This document shows positions 1-12,402 of a DNA stretch of 64,000 nucleotides, one piece after another; within the stretch, counting starts at the first letter, position 1; each line of letters begins with the position of its first letter. The notes below the pieces were generated by a model that was not told the origin of the DNA, did no database searches, and saw only the letters and a program-made list of their open reading frames with translations. The position numbers were made by a program, and so were the translations under genes. The stretch comes from Basidiobolus meristosporus CBS 931.73 (lineage: Eukaryota; Fungi; Basidiobolomycota): assembly GCA_002104905.1 (NCBI GenBank), contig MCFE01000249.1, positions 50,616 through 114,615 of the forward strand, read 5' to 3'.

Positions 1-564
1 TGCCAGAGTTATCGCTCAACTGATCGTTATGGGTTCCCAGATTGTGGGCAAGGCATTCGTTGCTGCCTACAAGCAAGCCGCTGCCAGTATGTCACCTTCA
101 CAATAGTTGGATAGTGTTAATAGAAGTATAACTTAGCGACTAACTCTACGAATAGACGCTGCCCGCGGTGGCGGAGCCGGTGCCGCTAGTGCCAAAGGAT
201 CTGCTGAGGCTGCCACCAGAAGAGGTGGGATGACCCTCGATGAAGCTTGTCAGATTTTGAACATCAAAAAAGAAGCCGAGCTTGCAGACATCGTCAAGGT
301 AACATTCGGAACGGAATTCCCGACGACCGTATTTGAGGGTTCTGACATTTCAATTCACAGAGTTACGAGCATTTGTACAAAGTAAATGATGCCTCGGTAA
401 AGGGAAGCTTCTACTTGCAGTCCAAGGTCGTTCGCGCCAAGGAGCGAATCGAACTGGAGCGAGGGATAAAAATCGCGGCGGAGAAACCTGCCCAGGCGGA
501 AGGAGAAGCAGCTGCCAAAGCCACGGAAGGTGCATCTCGGCCGGAACCACCCCAACAGCAGTAA
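1..564 (+). CDS. PAM16: Mitochondrial import motor subunit Pam16/Tim16 (5' end outside window)
   Basis: Exons 2-86, 156-298 and 361-564 (GT-AG introns, GACTAAC branch site) give [28 protein letters not shown]...[12 protein letters not shown]...[16 protein letters not shown], the Pam16 J-like domain signature. Confidence 0.93.
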
Positions 565-867
565 CTTATGATCAGTTATATTCATCTTTTTATTTACATC
601 TTCGCATTCACGTTTCATGTCCTCCTTGAGCAAATAAATAATTTCGATATAGACTAACCGTTTCACCTGATTTTGGCAACCATCGTTCCTTCCCCACCCA
701 GCTTCACTCCTCCCGGGTAGACATTTAATTCTTTTATTTGAAGCAAAATACATATTACGGGCACCGAATGGAAAAATACAAAATTAATGGCACATCGACC
801 GAATAAGTAGGAGATATAGTAGGCAGGACATTGCCGAGAGATGAGGCTAAGTGCTGATCGCGTTCCA

Positions 868-3800
868 TCATAAAAACCCGCTTTCGTGAAGCAAGCGGGC
901 GATCTTCTCATCCTCACGCTCTCTTGGCTCCATGCTCAGACTGGTATTGTAGAGATCCTGGACGTCGCGACTTCCTTGCAGACAGGTGCGGATGAAGTTT
1001 TGCAATTCTGGGACAGGAGTGAGGTTGTATGGGGAGTTCTGGTATTGCTGAATCTCTCGAATCACCTCGGCGCATTTCGCCCGTTTGGCAATATTGATCA
1101 GGTGGGGATGGTTTGGTACATGGTCCGGGTTTCCATCCTCAACGAAGGTCAGGTCAGTCAAATAGAGGCCTAGGTTATGTGATCATTAGTAAGACGCGGC
1201 GCCAGTTCAGGGAAACTTGCTCACATACCCAGGAAGGGCACGCATGGTGGATTGACGGAATGCAGCTCATCTCGATAAACACCGAAGTTCCTTGTGGAGC
1301 TCATAAGCTTTTTCAGGCTGTCCAGTGTAGCGGTGGATTTACTGTTGACGAGCTACAATGTGGTGAGATACGGGTTGTGCATGCATATGTGTACGGTAGA
1401 TAAACGAGATACCTCCCAGGTCCTCCTTAGCCGATGGATAGGTGCGGAGTTGAATCCTGCGAGCACAGCGGTCAGAGTATTGTAGTTGTTCAGTTGGCGA
1501 CATCGCTGAGCTTAGTTAGAAGTTGTCTCCAATGTTGCAAAGTGCTAATGAAGTCTCACCTCTCCAATGCTAATGAAATGCTTGATCAGAGCAACACGCT
1601 TCCTTGGCTCATTCTCCGAAAGGATGGTTTCCGCTACCCAATTGGTAACCTTTCCCCAAAGAAATGTAAGTAGAGGGCATTGGTGCCAAGCTACGGGGGC
1701 ATTACCTGGTTAGAAACTTCGATCATAGCCTTAATATTGACCGCAATCGAACCATCCTTCTGGCTCCACGCTTTGTTTAAACACTCGACCGGTCTGATGC
1801 GATTGTACATAGCCGAGTCCATCACCGTAAATTGCCTGGCCAACTCTATGGGGTCGATTTCCAGTAGCCGGAGTCGCTTTAGGTTTTTGGGCAATATGGG
1901 GGGTGGGGCTTCTTTGTTCATGTTCAATACCATTTTGCGGAAGCTTCCATCAAACGATGATTGCATCTAGAGAAATCCAAGTCAGCTATTGCCGTCAAAG
2001 TTGCGGTCGAAACAACACCAACCCTCTTATCGATCAGTTTCAATAGCTGCTTGGCAGCAAACGGAAGGATATCCATCATGTTAGCTTCGGCAAAGTCACG
2101 TAACATCTCGAGAGCTGAATAATCCTCGCCCTCAAGGTAGTAGCTCTCAAGCCAACTTTTGATTACGTTGAACACCCTGAAAGCGGTCGTGATTTTAGCA
2201 ATCAAGAAATCTAACATGATATGTTATGACTCCATACCGAAGGCGAACCGGGACGAGTTTCTTCTCTTTCCAAAGCTCGAACTCTGGATCCGAAAGGCCT
2301 GAGGGTGGCTGTAAATTGAAGCGTTGAAAGAGCAGCTCAAAGACATCCTCGGTGGAGGAGAATGAACGATAGGTTAACAGAAAAGTGGCGATGAACGCCG
2401 AATCTAAATTTGTTCTGGAGTTTAGTAAACTGGTTACACAACCATAGAACAATATGCAGCTTACCTAACAAGTCGTGCAGAGTCAACCGCTCCACCAGGG
2501 AAACAAGCGTGCCACCTTTAACTTGGCCTTCCATGTTAAAAGCAACGTCCGCCTGAGCATATTCATAACCGAGGAACCAAGGTTTTTCTTCAGTGGGATT
2601 CTTCTCAATCATGAGGTTGGGTGCATCGTCTCCAAAGAACTTCTTCAGCTTCTCTTTCTGCTTCGACTTCACAGGTGCCTCTCGTTCGTTGTCGTCAAGG
2701 TCCTCCTCTTTGGTGTCGAATTCATCATCATCCGACCCGTAATCGTTTGTGGGGGATAGAAGCGCAGGGGTTTTTAAATTCAAGTGTTCTTTGTCATCAC
2801 CGATATCGGCGTCATCCTCCACTAGAGAAAGGGAGACCGCGCGGCGTTGTTTTAGTGGGGAGCTGGTGGAGTCGAACGGATTTAAAGAGTTGTATTTTTC
2901 GATCAACATGGCTCGTTCGACCTTCTCTTTTTCGTTGATCACAAACTTGACCGCCACAATCAGATCGGTAACGGATGCCTCAATCTGCCTTCCACAGTCC
3001 ACTAGCTGTTCCACAATGCTAGAAGGCACTGTAGGCTCAGCAGACTTTTGGGTGATCAATACCAGAAGTGCAATGTTATTGTAGATGGATTGCTTGCTTT
3101 CTCTAAACCCACGAGCCACCTTCTCATCCACCCCAGACACAGACACGTTATCTGCCAGTGTCAGCGGTTGTGCAATATCTATGATTGCTTGCTTGGTAAG
3201 GCCCACCAGTTGGTCAAGCTTAACGTTTGATGTGGATAAGTACTGTGTTAGCTTCTTCATAGAATTCGCAGTGATCCGTGAACAAGTAGCAAGCTCAGAC
3301 CGGATATCAGAGCTATAGCTGGGCTTATCAATAAACGTGTCCATGTTTGAGCTTCCATCGCCGATGGTGTCGGAATCGACGGTGCTTCCTCCATTGATGG
3401 ACCCTTCAGTTTCGTAGTCCTCCAGTGAATCCACATTCAAAAGATTCTTCACGGGTATAGAGCTTGCTTGTGCCACAGTGGCAAAATGCCGAACAGCCAA
3501 CAGCAAATCGTTGGCATCCTGTTGCATGTCGCTCACTGAACTCGGGGCTGGCCAGAGGCTAGATGCTAGCTGGGCAGACTCCACGAGTTTACACAGTGAA
3601 CTAAAGATTTGTTGGTGATGCATAGCAAGGATTGGATGCCCGTTCAGGACCTGGGAATCCATATTTTCTGTTTGAGAGCAAACAAACATCACTCGAACCG
3701 CCTCGATAATGTCGGACGTTTGCTCTATGAAATGTTCTTTGAGATTTCGCTTTGCGGAGTTGTTTAAACGGTGGATGGTCGTCACCACTTTGGAGCTTAA

Positions 3801-4886
3801 CCTTATCCAGCTCAGCTCGCCGCAATCGTCGAATTCTTCGATGGATTCCATGAGGCCTGATGGTCGGCGGCTTGGGTTATGTTTGGCAGCAATGGCACGT
3901 GACCATGAGGAATCCCCAGTCATGGATGATTCTGAAGATGAGGCAGACGCCATGGAGCCTCTTTTGAGCTCGTTCTGATTAGAAGCACGCTAAATAGATC
4001 CAGGTGAGTGTTGGGAGAGGAAGGGGTCAGAAAACTCCGGCATGCGCCTTACCAGCAAGCCCGTATCCCAATCCACATCGCTTAATTTCCACGCAGTTTG
4101 ATCAGTGACCATGTTGAAGTAGTAAGTCCGGCCATCGACATGTTCTTTCTGGCCCCAATTTGGAGGCAGCTACAAGATGATACACGCTTTGTTAGTGAAA
4201 GGCACCGAATATGATTTCTCTCATACATCCACCTGCTCGTCACCAGTCATCACGTATTTACGATAAAATGTATCTGCGTTGCTTCTACTGGACAGCTCCG
4301 TGGAGTGTATATTCTCACTAGAGCCATCTTCATTATCAATTGCCTCTTGATTAGGAGGCGTTCCGGGGTAAGACCACCTTGCCTCTTTGGTAACCGGATT
4401 ATAGTACCAAAAAGCTCCATCGTCCGAGGTTTGAATGGTCCAGTGCTCAGGAAGTTGAATATCGTCAGCCGTCCCTACAGTACCTACAGAGAAACTTCGA
4501 GTGGTCTTCATCTCTGGAGGTGTGGGTTCAATACTCTCTTCGGTTGACTTGGTCAATAGGTCGTCTTCATCCAGACTGGAGGCCTCGCTCTTCTACAGAA
4601 AATAGTGGAACCAACAAGAGTTTAGTCCAGGGCAACGCTGATAATTCCGGAACCCAGATAGGCGGCGAGCCAACCGGAGAAAGCAGTGGTAATGGAATGG
4701 ACTTACTCGAGGCTCTAGTGTATGCACAAAATTTGAAGGGAACCAGCCTCTTTCGCCGTTACACAAACCATCCCACCAACCAGAAGATTGTTGATCTATT
4801 ACTTGGATTATCTCGCCTTTTTTGAATTTCAGACTAGAGGAGTCTGAAGAGTCAAAGTCATATAGTGCCCTAACTACAGTTGTCAT
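868..4886 (-). CDS. CDC25: Ras guanine nucleotide exchange factor, Cdc25 family (SH3 + 2 WW + REM + RasGEF); multi-exon, true start may lie further upstream
   Basis: SH3 (VRALYDF...SGWWDG...RGWFPSNFV). WW1 (LPEHW...FWYYNPVTKEARWSYP). WW2 (LPPNWGQK...TYYFNMVTDQTAW). REM (VKGGTLVSLVERLT, FLLTYRSF). Catalytic domain (IDPIELARQFT, FVEDGNPD, INIAKR). Ends RLLHESGFL*. Confidence 0.9.
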
Positions 4887-5729
4887 GGGGTCAGAGTAAC
4901 AGAAATGTGATGACAACGTTCAAACACGCGGGCAAACAAACAGTTAGGGTTGGTTGAAACGGGAGGAATTGAATTTGAGGAAAACAGGGGAATTAGAGTT
5001 GGGGAATGACAAGCGGTTCGCCGGTATTCTCACAGGTGGGGAAGAGCCAGCAGAGACTGAGGAAGTATATCGGCTCACTCTTTCAGTGTGGTTGCAAAAA
5101 GTTTCGAACTCTATTGCATCCAGAGTTGGTGAAGATAAGTCGCAGGAGAAATTGAGATCCGCCATATGATATATGAAGCGGAGAGTATAATTAAGAAAAT
5201 CGAGGCTATTGGCTGGTGGGAATTGGGCATTAGGAGTGAACTCCATTAATTTCGGGGTTTGAGACTGTTTCAATCTGGTGAGAAAATAAGCCAAAGTTGA
5301 ACATGAGAAGGAGTAAAACAGCGGAATTCTAATCTAGCTATGTATGGGAATTACCCCTGCTCGCTTACTCTCTCAACTCAGACTAAATAGTACAATGGAC
5401 CGTGATTAGTCTCAGTAATAGGGCTCCAATGCTCTTATAAATGACCCACCTGGCACCATTGGCTCAACGGGGGATGTTGCCATACCTGTTGCCATACCAA
5501 AATGTATTGATTTAATTGTGGTACTAAATAAGGGCAATTTAAGAATTGCTGAAGCTTGTGTCTAGCTAAGCCAATTCCAAAGCAATCGTTCTCTTTTTCC
5601 TCAGCAGAATATTCAGGATTTGCTTCCCAACACTCTTTAGTAACCTCATCGTAGCTGAAGTCGAGTTCGACTCAAATAGGGGCTTTTCCTGTAGATTAGC
5701 TGTATTCTCTCAACCTCCATAGTCGCAAC

Positions 5730-7544
5730 ATGCCAGCCATGAACGATGTTTCCGAAGTCGAACTACTTTCCCATGACTCAGCAAAACTGCAGTCCAAAAT
5801 TCAACCAGTAATCAACACCAAATGTCGCTCCGCCTCTTTGTCGTCTTCTCGTCGACCAACATCCCTCTCTCAAAGTACCTCAGGGGTGGACCACAGCCCT
5901 GCACGGCTTTCTCCTTCAATGTCACCCTCCACTTCCTCGGTCAGTTCACCCTGTCTTTCGGGAGATGAAACCGACCACATCCCAACAAAAGAGGAGCCAC
6001 TCGAATACCAAAGTTGTGCCTGCGCTGTGATATTTTCTGGGAATAGCCCCACATGTAGCCAGTGTGGGAAAGTGTTTGGACAGCTTAGGGAGCTTCAGAT
6101 AGAACGACTACGGCTTTTGGACGAGTTGGATACGTTGAAGAGCCGCTACGAGCTGGATGCGGAAGAAATACAATCGCTTAAAAGAGAGACAGAGCGTATG
6201 AAACTGCATATCAAAGATCTGCAGGCAAATCTTACGCTGAAGAGTGAAAAGTGTATTTCTCTCGAGCAAGATGTCACCGCGCTAAATTATAAATATGTCA
6301 ACGAGATTGAAAAGGTCGCCGAGTTGAATATCGCAAAGCAGCTGGTTGAGGGTGAATATGCGGAGCTAAGCAGATCCCTCTTTGAAGAGGCCAACGGGAT
6401 GGTGGCTTCAGAGGCCAGACAGCGCTACGAGCTTGAGCTGGCGTGCAAAAATCTCAAGAAGCAGTTGGATGACACGAATGAAAGACTCAACAATGAGACA
6501 CAGCAGCTCAAGGAGCTGAAGCAAAAGCTTCAGGAGTTCCTTGTCGATCCTGAATCCGCACACTTGACGAATGGCTCTAGCCGGTCCAGAAACCTTTCTA
6601 TTCGCTCGGTCTCCTCGGTCGAATCCGGCCTGGGTGGAGAAACCCACGAAGGCGAAAGTGACCATGGGGACCAAATCAAGCTATTGGATGAATTTGAGAC
6701 TTTCTTGGCGAAAGTGAGTAATCCTAGGCTAACTCGTATTTACGCCATTCCGTTCATGAAATACTGTCTTGAGGAAGATGTTGAGCCTTGTCTTCGTCTT
6801 GGGAGCATGTCACGTTACTCACCCAGAAAATTGGCGGATGCAGTGTTCGCCAACACACTGACTATTGAGGAAGCACCCCCGACAGTAGCTCAAACAGAGC
6901 CACCACCTATGCAGCCGTCTCCCAAACTACCCCCGCCTAAGCAATCACTAATCTGGGATCGGATAAGTGGAGTGCATCTAGGCAGCACCAAAGGATGCCA
7001 GGCCTGTGGTCGCGAAGGGCACTGTCAATTCCGGTTCCGAATTTCCAATAACGATGAATGGGTGATCATTGATAGCTACTGCAGGGACCGCCTTGTAGCA
7101 GCCTGTGAATTCTATGTCTTCATCCGAAATGTCCGCTTAGGGCTGTTCAATCATCGTAATATAGATGTTCTCTGGATGGAATCGCTCAGGTTACGCATCC
7201 AGATGTTCTTTGCAAGGATTGGTTTACTGAAGCATATGACCGATGTCCCTCAAATCGATTCGGAAAAGCTACACATCTACTCTCGAAAGGCCACCACCGC
7301 CGTTGACCGCACCATCATCTCAACTGGATCCTCCGAAAACCTAAGCATGAGTGAGGAGATTCCTGACCAAACCACCACCGGTCTCCGGGTTCGTAGCTTT
7401 TCTCTCTCCAAGATGGAGCGGCTGAAACCCCTGTTCAAGCGGTTTTCCGGTGGCTTCGACGAACAGCAAGCTAGCAAGATCGAAGGGAAAGATGAATCTC
7501 CTGTTGAGCAATCAACATTGACTGGAGAGGACAATGCTGTATGA
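5730..7544 (+). CDS. SEC2: Rab (Sec4/Rab8) GEF Sec2, single exon, 604 aa
   Basis: Coiled coil with ELSRSLFEEANGMVASEAR (Sec2p motif) and a C-terminal CQACG...CRDRLVAACEFYVFIRNV domain. Confidence 0.9.
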   Translation: MPAMNDVSEVELLSHDSAKLQSKIQPVINTKCRSASLSSSRRPTSLSQSTSGVDHSPARLSPSMSPSTSSVSSPCLSGDETDHIPTKEEPLEYQSCACAVIFSGNSPTCSQCGKVFGQLRELQIERLRLLDELDTLKSRYELDAEEIQSLKRETERMKLHIKDLQANLTLKSEKCISLEQDVTALNYKYVNEIEKVAELNIAKQLVEGEYAELSRSLFEEANGMVASEARQRYELELACKNLKKQLDDTNERLNNETQQLKELKQKLQEFLVDPESAHLTNGSSRSRNLSIRSVSSVESGLGGETHEGESDHGDQIKLLDEFETFLAKVSNPRLTRIYAIPFMKYCLEEDVEPCLRLGSMSRYSPRKLADAVFANTLTIEEAPPTVAQTEPPPMQPSPKLPPPKQSLIWDRISGVHLGSTKGCQACGREGHCQFRFRISNNDEWVIIDSYCRDRLVAACEFYVFIRNVRLGLFNHRNIDVLWMESLRLRIQMFFARIGLLKHMTDVPQIDSEKLHIYSRKATTAVDRTIISTGSSENLSMSEEIPDQTTTGLRVRSFSLSKMERLKPLFKRFSGGFDEQQASKIEGKDESPVEQSTLTGEDNAV

Positions 7545-8308
7545 TTTTCGATGTATTTGTACGATTGGGGATTCGCTCCATACTCCCCGCCACTGTCTGT
7601 TACTACATTCTAATTCGTAACATAACGTAACTGGCTGGCTGGCTGACTGATCCATACCCCGCTACCGACATTCTAACGCATATCCTACCGATTAGCTCTC
7701 TAACGCTCATTGAATTAACTCAATTTTGTTCTTCCTCAGGAACCCCCTCCCTCACTGGTTGTTATCATATACATTACTCAATTTCTCTTGGTCTGAATAA
7801 ATACTCTATTTTCCAAACTATGCACGGATAAAACTGCAGTGTAACCCTTCTCTTCCACGCGAATGTTACGCCGATTCCCTAATGGGTTTCCCTCGGTTGC
7901 TATGGCATTTTCCGAGGCTTCATTGGTGTTCACATTACACAAGCTGGCAATAATCCGTGGTGGACATCTTCGTTTCCATAAAAAAAAAAATGAATCTATT
8001 ATATGCGTTTCGAGGTTTACATATAAGCACTTGTTTGGGGGAAGATATATGGCAAAAGGAGAAAAAGAGGGGTCTATATATACAAAATAAAGAAACCAAG
8101 GGATGAAAGAGGCGTGGATAGCTTTTGTGCACTCAAAATCGAACTACCTAAATTGATATGTATATGAAAAGAAGAAATGATCCCTTCCCAAGGAAAGGTG
8201 ATATATCGAGGTGTAACCTCTCCCACTTCGGATTTGGGAAAAAATGTTGAGCTGTTGATGGCCTCATCTAGATTTCACAAGATGTGTTGGCTTCTGATTC
8301 AGATCCCA

Positions 8309-10952
8309 TCAAAATGTTTCCGTCATCATTGGGATCATGGGCTCCACGTAGATTGCCTCCGTGCTAGATGCGGAATTACTCTCGACATCCCCTGCTGGTT
8401 TGTCCTCAACGTGGTCTGAAGGCGGTTTGGCGGGAAATCCGTGATCCCGAATGTGTTCCCAAGTACTGATATTTTTCTTGACGTTTTCGATGCAGTAAGC
8501 CATTTCTATGGGATTGATGGGTAAGTATTTCAATGCAACAATCGGCTAAAGTCTATATGACATGCATACCTGGGATCAGCTCACCAAATATCTCAAATAG
8601 TGGAAGTGCTAGTTTGCTAATGAACTCGACCTGACCATTTGCAAGTGCAGTGTCCGTTTGCTCTGGATTCATATTGATGGGATATCCCATTCTCTTCTCA
8701 AGAAAAGCCTGAAGAAACCCATTTAAGAAGGCGTCATCTGCTACGTACCAATCGAATGTCGCTTACCTGATCACGAAACTCCTTCATCAGACACTCGGTC
8801 CATCTTGATGCAACATGGAAAGAACGGGCCTGAAAAAGTGACAATGAGTTTTCGTCACTACATCGACTTCATCGTATGAATACCTACCGCATTGCTAATA
8901 TCTGAACACTTTAGAATAGCCGAGCAAAAATATAGCTTCTCTTGGTTCAGATTCAATCCACCATTAGATCCCAGACGCCTGTTTTGTTCCGTAAAGATTG
9001 TGATATAATCAAAGTGAGCACTCATATCAGTTGCCAGTATTGAGTTCACAACCAGTTGACGAAAATCTGTGAAAGAAGCACCAAAATAGCTTATTAATCA
9101 CTGTCATTTGAAAAGCGCTAGGGTATATGGGTACCTTTAAACTCGGGTGTGGATATATCACCGAAAAAGTTGAACTCATACTTCTTCATGAGCAGGAATA
9201 AAGATGTAGTATGATAATTCTCGAGAACTGCCTTATCATTGTACAGAAGAGCTAAAGGAGTCTGTGCGTTGATCATGTAAGCGTTATTTACTCCAGGATG
9301 GCCCAGATCATGGGCTAAGCTTGCGACCATCAGAGCGAAAACGTCATTAGGACTCAATAGCTGCTGTATACGGCATTTGGCTTGATCGCTGTGATTGTCA
9401 AAGTGTGAGGACCCTCCATCAGGGCGGCCGATCAACCCGGTGCTTCTTAGTATATAGTAGGTGCACTGAAGGACGTCCACAGCATGATAAAAGTTGTGAT
9501 ACGGATTTGGGTTGCAGTAGGCCGCACGAATAGCAAGGATAAAACGGTGAAGCATTTCTGTCCAGGAAAAGTTAATGGCGAAGTTGTCGTAGCCGTCAAA
9601 CTTATACGACCTACCATCAGAAACAGAGACGCTCTTTAGCCCTTTCACTGCCAAACAATCTTCGAAAGCGATCAAAATGCAGCGAAGCAGATCATCTTCT
9701 GAGTAATCATACGGGCAAAAGTCCCAGCTAGCGTACTGCTGTCGTAAGTACGACATGCGTTCTTGCGAGGATATAGTGTCTAATCTGCAAGGACATTAGC
9801 TACACTTTGTTTGAGCATTGTGATGTGATATCACAGCTTCCATTACCTAGGAAAATTGGCAACATTGATATGATGAAACGGAGGAGCATAGTGGTTGATG
9901 ATCATCTCCTCAAGCCTGCAAAGAAAGTCCGGTTATTTAGTCATCGAAATGATGACAGCAATCGTTGTTCAACGTTACCATTCATCACGAGAGAAGGCAG
10001 TGTGGAGTCTTTCCTCGATATCGCGAAGATCTCCCTCACGAATGCTCAATCTGGACACCTTATCCATCGCTTCATCACAACTATCAGGTGAATACATAGG
10101 CCTCTTGTGCTTTGTTGAATTCTAAGATGAAGAATGAATACCGGTATGAGATGAATAGATTTGGGTTTTATACTCACCAGCCACAATGTCTTGATCACCT
10201 GTGTCGATACAGGTTTGATTAGATAATCCACAGCACCAAGGTCTAGACAAGTTGTCATCAACTGTGGTGAATCGTTTCGTGATATGACTAGATAATGATT
10301 GTTAACAAGACTATTGTGGTTGTGTCGCCAGAATCACTCTACCTATGGGAGTAACATTGGAGATAATTCCAAGGTCTAACTCTTTGAGGACCACTTTCAA
10401 AAGCTCGACACCGTATAGGATATTATCCTTAACAATGTCCATAGGGGTGTTACTACGAACCGGGGAATGAATATCATCATAAAGACTGTTTGAGGTGTGG
10501 TGGTCCAAATCGATTAGGAGAATGATATTTCCGAATTGACCTGAGGGCAAATTGTGTAGATAAGACATAGCAGCATTTCCGGAAGTAACCGCCGTCACTA
10601 AGAGATAGGTGCGTGAGCATATGGAGAAGAATGGTGTCGGAAAACAAATCAGGGTACCTTGTTTGTAAGAGTCTAAAAGCTGCTGGATAAACTCAGCAGC
10701 TCCGTGGCACTCACGCTTCCAGGATTTCTGACTTCCGGACTCGTTTGCATACTCACAGGAGTCGTAACTTATTTGGTGCTCCTCAACTGTGGGTGAGGGC
10801 TGTGGGGAGCCGTAAGGGGTTATGTGATAAGTGCCAGCCAAATAAACACTATCTACTAATAGAATTGCACAATCGTTCAACCCCGGAGTGGGGAGAGTGG
10901 TCGTGGGTGGTGAAGGAGGGGACCGGTCACGTCGCAAGAAAGACAAACGCAT
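8309..10952 (-). CDS. PDE2: Class I 3',5'-cyclic nucleotide phosphodiesterase with N-terminal receiver (REC)-like domain; multi-exon
   Basis: YHNFYHAVDVLQ, HDLGHPGVNN, ENYH, ILATDMSAHF and KCSDISN catalytic motifs. N-terminal AILLVD / IILLID / GAVDYLIKP receiver motifs. Confidence 0.9.
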
Positions 10953-11578
10953 TTGTAAAAGTCAGGACGGAATCTGAAGAGTTCTTTTGCAGTAGAGAGA
11001 TTCGATACAAACAATAATATGTGGGATACAGTGAGAATAGGCGGGAAAACTCAAAGAAAATAGAAAGAAGTAGAAACCAAGCAACAGTGTCTAATAGGAA
11101 AGAAAAGGAAATGCGCGCTGAAAAGTAGGGACACCAATTTAGGGCACAAACTCTGACACAGTCAGTATTTGCAACCAAGTTTGGACTAGAATAAAAAGCT
11201 ATTCTATGGCTTGGAATCATCATAAATATGACCGGAATGCGAGCTCTAGTTCGATCGTATCCTTACTAATGGATCAGATCCTGGAGATTAGTACCTCAAT
11301 CGGATAACCGGCTCCATGCACAATGACCAACGCTGGTGTGTGTATTGTTCGTTACTCTGAATCCATGCACTCCGATTCTTTACTCTGGAAAGCATACATC
11401 CAAGCATGCTAGGCTTGGGGAGGATTCCACGTTTCGCAACATTGATTTTCACTATATCTGGCCAATTCCCTTTTTGGCTTGAATGGGCGTTCCGAGGCAT
11501 CTCTATTATTATCATATTTGATCTCACTATTTCCATGTGGAAGTGATGATGTATGGAGGGCCAAGTGTTCAAGCCCAT

Positions 11579-11653
11579 AATTGGCCAGAAATGAATCGAC
11601 CTCAGGAACATACCAATTGGCCAGAAATGAATCAGCTTCAGGAACATATCAAT
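11579..11653. repeat. 36-bp tandem repeat x2 in the PDE-NOP9 intergenic region
   Basis: AATTGGCCAGAAATGAATC(gacc/agct)TCAGGAACATA(c/t)C at 11579 and 11615. Confidence 0.9.
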
Positions 11654-12402
11654 CTTTCGGGAGAGTAGCTGGAAATTTTCCACCACAAACATCAGCTGAC
11701 CAGGCTCATGAGAATGTATGCAAGCGTCACTCAGTCGCTCTGTGGCAAATGGTATATCTATGTAACGCTATGGTAAAGGCTATATCTGCGTGCGATGCAC
11801 CAATGGCGATACCGAGGAAAATGCACCAATTGTTTCTATTGCTCGACACTGATGGATCGTGATGGGTGGATCAATACCGATTTGTACACTCCATGGTACT
11901 CAACCTGATATTTTTGGCAACGTTTGGCTATCAATGTTTCCATGCCGGAGCAGATGGCTTAAATCCATATGCCTCAGCAAGTTCACAAGCCACGTTGAGC
12001 CAGCCACCTTCCTCACTTCTCAAAAAGGCACTCGCTGTTAGCAAGTGATATAACCACCATCCGATTTGGACTAACCACATTTCTAGCAACGCTCACTTTG
12101 ATTAGCCAAGTCCCACTCTATGAATCCGTACCTCCTTACTATTGAGCAATCTTGGAAATATCAATGGAGGACACAGTTTGCAGTTTGCAGCTTAGTGCCG
12201 CTTGCTGCACTGCTCATTAAAATCAATGCCCATCACCCGATGATTGGTAGTCACAGGATGATGCTCAAGAGCATAAGTTGACCAAAAAAGAAAAAAAAAT
12301 CCGTTGCTTTTTTTTGAATTTTTTTTCTATCATGAATAATATCATTGATTGACATAGAATTTTGCTCAGGATACGCTTCTTTGGTGAGACGATTCTAACA
12401 CA

